A stretch of 64,000 bases of DNA from Paraspadella gotoi (lineage: Eukaryota > Animalia > Chaetognatha), in contig CM119266.1 in assembly GCA_051294375.1 (NCBI GenBank), positions 19,727,657 through 19,791,656 of the forward strand, written 5' to 3'. Below the pieces are notes generated by a model, which saw only the letters and a program-made list of their open reading frames with translations, did no database searches and was not told the DNA's origin. Of the stretch, positions 58,464-64,000 are shown piece after piece (within the stretch, counting starts at the first letter, position 1; each line of letters begins with the position of its first letter). Both the position numbers and the translations under genes were made by a program.

Positions 58464-60616
58464 ATTTAAATCATAGAACCCCGGTCTTTTTAAATACGTA
58501 GTATATTACTATTTTTACATTGATTGCATGAAAAGTTAGTAAAAGTTTGGGTAATATTTTTCATTTTCATCATGGTATAAAAATTATGCAATTATCCCCC
58601 TTGACTTTAAACACCAATTACTTAAATTAAGATTGAATAAATCAATTAAGTTTCGATGAAATCGTGAGAATGGAAATGGGTTTATAAAGAAAAAATAAAA
58701 CCATGTTTCACTTTAATTTTTCTTGTTTTTCCTTTTATGTATAAACTACCAAATTATAATCGAATGAAAGAAAAAAAAATGATGAAAATACAAAGAAAAT
58801 TAACGATTATGCATAGAAAGAAAAACTAATTATTACAAAAAAATAATAAAAGAATGAATGAAGAATTTTGTCATTACTTTATGAATAAGACAATAGTACA
58901 AATTACTAGAGCTGGAATGACGTCATGAGTCAGAATTATATAGTAATTATGTTATGAGTTTGAATAGGACAGCAGTTAGAATCAAGTCAAATCAGTTTAC
59001 TAAGTTTATAATGACTTTAGGAATTAAAAAAATATTTATTTTTAATATCGCAAGTAAGTTTATTATTTCTAGAATTTATACAATATGATTATCTGATTAG
59101 TGATTAGCCTGGAGAAATGATCGTGGGCCGTGACGACATTTTTTGTTCTATTTTTAAAATTATTTCTTCAAAGGATAACTTATTTAAAATCTAATATTTC
59201 AAAAGCACGCGTGAAAGATTGTTAGGAACTGTAGTTCGACGACCAAATATCGAGTCAAACAAAGACGATTTGAAAAGGAAGTTTGGCTCCCTTCTTTTTT
59301 TGTCGTGGACGAAATCGTCATTCATCTCCTCCTTTTCATCCTCCTCTTCATATATCGCGACCGAATTTCGTAATACGAAAAACCAATGTGGAGGAGGAGG
59401 AGAAGGAGAAGGAGGAGGAAGAGGAAGAAGCGAAGGAAGGAGGAAGAGATGAATGAAGAGATGAGGAGTGGAAGGACGCTTTCGTTTCGTATGTGCAATA
59501 TAGAGGAAAAAAGGAAAAAAAGGCGCAGTATAGTAGGGCATCGCAGAAATCATCGACTTTATCGAGTTTAAGGGTAATCATAATGTAATTGACAATTACT
59601 GTGACTCGTTTCAACTTAAGAAATTTTGAGACAGGGAATTTGAGGTTGCAAAACGTCTAAAACTTCAAAATCACTTAAATCAGCTTAATACATAAATTTT
59701 ATTGTAATGATAGTTGTGAGGCCGCTAAAAAGTATAATATTTTTTACTATTATAAAGATAAACATAAATAAAACTTCAAAGTTTGTAGGTATCCTCCTTG
59801 ATCCTCCTTGATAAAAATAACATAATCAAGGTAATCTTAATAATAGTATAGTTTCAAGTCCTACCGATATTCTTCGGTAAGCGGAGCTGGACCTTAAGAC
59901 GGCGAAAACGTCCCTGAATTTAGATGATAGTCATTGCCTCTTTATTAAGGAAGTTGAGAGTCGTGCGGCCTTAAGGACATCTGCGACATTATCATTCCTG
60001 CTGATTCGGAGGCATAGTTCGTTTTTCCTTTTTACATGCGGCAAGGAGCTGGCGGCGGTCGACGGTGAATGGCGGTCAATGATTTGGCCGGGGCGACTGG
60101 ATATGTAACTGATGTATATTTGTCTCTGGGTTCATCGAAAACGACGTTGACATCGTCGCTTGTGCCGTTGGTACCGTCGCCGCCGCAGATCCGCATGTCG
60201 TTGCGGTCGTTGTATTTGTCGTCGTCTTGGAATTTTTGGAAAAGTTTAATTCGCAAAATATCCTGTGTTCATTTGTTCTTTAAAAATAAAAAGCGTTTTA
60301 GTTACGAAGGATATTACATATTTTTTAAAGCTAAGTACTTCTATTTTCTGATATCGTCCTCAACTTTAATTTCAATCACTACTTTTCTGTTTTCACGTGT
60401 AACTCTACTCTCCTCTACTCAAAAGGCAAAACCTCTTCCGTCCTCGTGCAGCTGCATCAGAGCGTCGGCAGCATCCGCATCCGCAGCAGCGAACTCTTGC
60501 GAACCGCGCGCTTGAATCATGGTTCATGGGACCGAATTTGGATTAATTCCCGTTCGTCATCTATCAATTCACGAACAGGGTTTTTTTTGGCTGTATTAAA
60601 CGCTTTTCAGTGGACA

Positions 60617-61564
60617 ATGATTGAATCATCTCTCAGCTGCTTCATCGGGACTTTCAGACGCCTGAACGAGCTTATAATGGGCGCAGAAAACGAGACTGCA
60701 CAGTTCAAAGTTACCGCCGCCTTGAATCACCGATGGAATTCCTGGCTTTCGTTTTATACGTGGAGTCTAAGCGTAAGCGATCCCCGTGTCGCCGACTGGC
60801 CATTGATGGCGTCGCCGTGGCCCACCACATTCCTCACCCTGGCTTACCTGCTAATCGTCGCCCTCGGACCCAAAATAATGGCAAACCGCAAACCAATGAA
60901 TCTACAGTGCATAATGGTCCTCTATAACTGCTCAATGGTGTGTCTCTGCACCTACATTTGGGTGCAGATTCTCCTCGGAGCGTTGCGGCGCGGTTATAGT
61001 TGGATATGTCAGCCAGTTTCACACGATACTCACCCGGAGGAAGTCCGTATCGCCGCCGGCTTGTGGTGGTTCTTCGTTTCCAAAGCCATCGAGTTCCTCG
61101 ATACGATAATATTCATCCTTCGAAAGAAAAATTCTCAAATCACTTTTCTTCATGTTTACCATCATTCGACCATGTTCTTTTTCTGGTGGATCGGGATCAA
61201 GTGGGTTGCTGGAGGACAATCTTTTTTTGGACCCATCATCAACTCGATCGTGCACTCGGTAATGTACACTTACTACGGACTTGCGGCGATGGGACCCTCG
61301 ATGAGATCTTTTCTCTGGTGGAAAAAGTACATGACTTGGCTGCAGTTCGTTCAGTTTGGGATTGGACTCGTCTGGGGCCTCAATACGATGATCATCGGAT
61401 GCGACTTTCCGCGCTGGATGCAGTGGGCCTCACTTGTTTACGGGCTTTCAATCATCGCTCTCTTCATCAACTACTACATGCAAACTCATCACAAGACTTT
61501 TTGGACTAGGGCTAAAGCTACTATTACGGGGTATCGGGGCTATAACTGTAAAAAAATTAACTGA
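60617..61564 (+). CDS. ELOVL4: Very-long-chain fatty acid elongase, ELOVL4-like, intronless, ~315 aa
   Basis: DPRVADWPLM, KAIEFLDT, QITFLHVYHH (His box), WWIGIKWVAGGQSFFG, NSIVHSVMYTYY and LWWKKYMT; C-terminal KKIN ER-retrieval motif. First ATG after a tttcag acceptor is at 60617. Confidence 0.93.
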   Translation: MIESSLSCFIGTFRRLNELIMGAENETAQFKVTAALNHRWNSWLSFYTWSLSVSDPRVADWPLMASPWPTTFLTLAYLLIVALGPKIMANRKPMNLQCIMVLYNCSMVCLCTYIWVQILLGALRRGYSWICQPVSHDTHPEEVRIAAGLWWFFVSKAIEFLDTIIFILRKKNSQITFLHVYHHSTMFFFWWIGIKWVAGGQSFFGPIINSIVHSVMYTYYGLAAMGPSMRSFLWWKKYMTWLQFVQFGIGLVWGLNTMIIGCDFPRWMQWASLVYGLSIIALFINYYMQTHHKTFWTRAKATITGYRGYNCKKIN

Positions 61565-62254
61565 TATTTGTAACATGTTCAATATGATTGTCTTTAATTT
61601 TAATAAATATTGTGACAATATTTAAAATACAATGGTACAAAAAAGAGGATAAATTATTTAATCTTTTAGGGTGTTTGAGGATCGTCGAAATCAGATAGAA
61701 AAATGTTACTAACGGTAGGTAGACAGCTGCGGTCCGGTAGTAATACTATTATAAATACTTTGAAACAATTGGGCAATGCTGTTGAACACTTTTAACCTTT
61801 TAAAGTTTAAATGAACGTTTTTTGTAATAAAGCGAGTAAATAATATACAGTCAATAAATTAGAAGTTTCAACAAGTCTTTACAAGATAATAACATAGCAG
61901 GATCCTGCAAGCTTTAAATCAAGACTCTCACACAATCTCGTTTACTCACTCCAATAATAAAAACATTTCAAAGAATGTTTCAATTTTATAAAAGGATGGT
62001 AAGTATGCTATTTATTTGGTGTTTTTAGAACGAATACGCATAAGAGTTTGGAGGAGATATTTTCTCTCCCAGTCAGATAATTCAGAGTCGACGGTCACCT
62101 TCCCGTCAATATATTTAATATCTAAAGATTTATCATCGGGTCTGGTACTGAAGTTAGGATGGTAAAGTTAAAGATTACAAAAAATTGGATTAAAAAAGAT
62201 TAAAAGATTAGGGATGAGGCAACTCTGTCTCTAATTATGAAAACCAGAATCAAA

Positions 62255-62460
62255 GCTCCGCCTTGCTCTCGTCGGGTTGGATGCGGCTAAACTCCTTTTG
62301 GCCGATTGGCCGATTGCGTAAAAAGATTTCAAGAAGCTCCGCCTCATTTTCGGGGATTGGTTAAACTTTCATGCTAAATCGCATTAGGCTCCACCTCTTC
62401 TACCACCAACATTAAATTCTCTCTTGTGAACAGCCGCCATTTTTCTTTGGATTGACAGTG
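62255..62460. promoter_or_regulatory. Candidate housekeeping-type promoter
   Basis: GC-rich island with GC-box-like ctccgcc (x2), inverted CCAAT (gattgg x2) and YY1-like CCGCCATTTT at ~62434. Possible downstream donor (~62554) and acceptor (~62620) on the + strand. Confidence 0.35.
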
Positions 62461-64000
62461 TTGACTCCCCTAAAAAGTGTCACTCATCCGTCAAAAGGTT
62501 TCTTGATTTCGCTTTTAATCGGAAGTTAATAGATTTGTGCAGGCTTTTAAAAGGTATTACTAAATTATAATCTTTTTATGAAATATGACCTACTGGGTAT
62601 GGTCGCGTTTGTTATTACAGGATTGAAGTTTTTTCACCTCTTACCCATTGTCTCAAGTTTACAGTGAATACAGTTATAAAGTTACAGTTATAAAAACTAG
62701 TTACTGCACAGTTTTAGATTATATCTTTATTATTAAAATTAAACGATTATTTCACATTAAATCAGCATTCAAAGTAAAAGTTGGAAATATCGGTTGAATT
62801 GATAATATTTATAATTATATTAGTTGTATCAATTTCATAGTATTTGTAGAATTTGAAATAGATTTTATGCGTTTATTTTACTTATAAGATAAATCTTAAA
62901 ATAATAGTTGATTCGGTCTTTGCATACCGGATGAAAAAAAATAAACCAGTAGAATTAACATTTATTTATTTCTATTTCTATTCTATTTCTATTTTAGTAT
63001 GTTTTATTATTTTTCATCTGGTATGGATAGACCGAATCAATCCTCAGCTATTATTAGACAGCAAATATTAGACATTAATCCTACCAGAATCATGACTGAA
63101 ACACTATTTAGCTTAAAATTTATCAATATCTATACCGGTTTTTAACCTGTTTCGCCTTATTTGTCAAGTCATATCTCAAAAACAAGAAGATATTTTGCAA
63201 TGATATTTTTCAATGATTATTATATGCATCTGAATGATATCGATCAATGATTTTTTGTCCGCCTACAAAATCACACTTCGTTATTTTTCAGCGTCTATTA
63301 AAACCATAAACAAAAAAATAAAGAAAAAAAAGATGATCAAATTTTGAACCACGTCCAATGAAACAGTCACTCTGGCTTATTTTTTTGCTGCCAGACACTC
63401 TTTAAGTCTAAGCACATAGGAGCGCTTTTGGCGAATGACCACTTTCTTATTTTGTTGGTAATAAAAGGTGCTGAGCCTTATTTTCGAGTCCAGTTATGGG
63501 CGTCTGAGTTTCATTCGTTTCCAATTCAGAGGGCATTTTTTTTTTAAATTTAATTTTATAAATTCAAAATTTAATTTACTTTTTGCATTTTTTCTTTACC
63601 TTAGCGAACGACGGTCACGCTGAACATTCGATATTACCCTGGATGCAAAGTGTAAGCGTCGTCTTGGATCACAACTTCGTCGGCATCATCGTCGCCGTTG
63701 TTGTTGATCATTACCGACGGAGAATCAGGAGTCCATTTTTAGCGATGAAATCGACTCCTCAAATGCAAAAACATTTCTAATTCCGGAAATGGAGACGAAG
63801 GTTGGAGTCTCTCGTCTGTTCTAATCTATCGAGTGTTTCACTATAAAAAGAAGGAAGGACGACTCAATCTGGGCCAAACCTCTTCTTTCCTCTATGAAAT
63901 TCGCTCTACAGTATGGATTTATTATATATTTTTTAACTGGAACGAAACATAAGTGCATTCCGCTAAAAAAATGTCATGTCATAAACCCGCTGCTAGAAAA

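Noticed and set aside
60446-60616. N-terminal 57 aa of the ELOVL ORF in the track
   Set aside because: Starts at GTG upstream of a tttcag acceptor; the ATG at 60617 gives a normal ELOVL4-sized protein.
63583-63780. 65-aa ORF or exon near the window end
   Set aside because: An acceptor is present, but no frame gives a recognisable product, and downstream context is outside the window.
1-64000. CRISPR arrays, prokaryotic operons, rRNA genes or horizontally acquired bacterial genes
   Set aside because: No repeat-spacer arrays or rRNA-like sequence; all intronless genes belong to typical animal families.

Overview
AT-rich, microsatellite-rich invertebrate (metazoan) genomic DNA with many short GT-AG introns and two assembly gaps; it is not prokaryotic. 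The backbone is a multi-exon FHOD/Fhos-type formin on the minus strand (3670 to at least 38562, 5' end not found). By hand-splicing with consistent intron phases, it carries a >=1,477-aa low-complexity N-terminal extension, including one 3,837-nt exon, in front of the GBD/FH3-FH1-FH2-DAD core. Three complete genes lie inside its introns: an antisense 9-exon Trk-like tyrosine kinase with almost no ectodomain, and two same-strand intronless genes (a TSP1-EGF-trypsin protease and an SLC22 transporter). Further upstream are a Ty3/gypsy pol relic, a 5-exon secreted proprotein with a divergent SUEL-type lectin domain, an intronless NCAM/Fasciclin-2-like gene and an intronless ELOVL4-like elongase. 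Several MITE-, SINE- and TIR-type repeats fill the introns. All family calls come from motifs recognised by eye; no database search was run.
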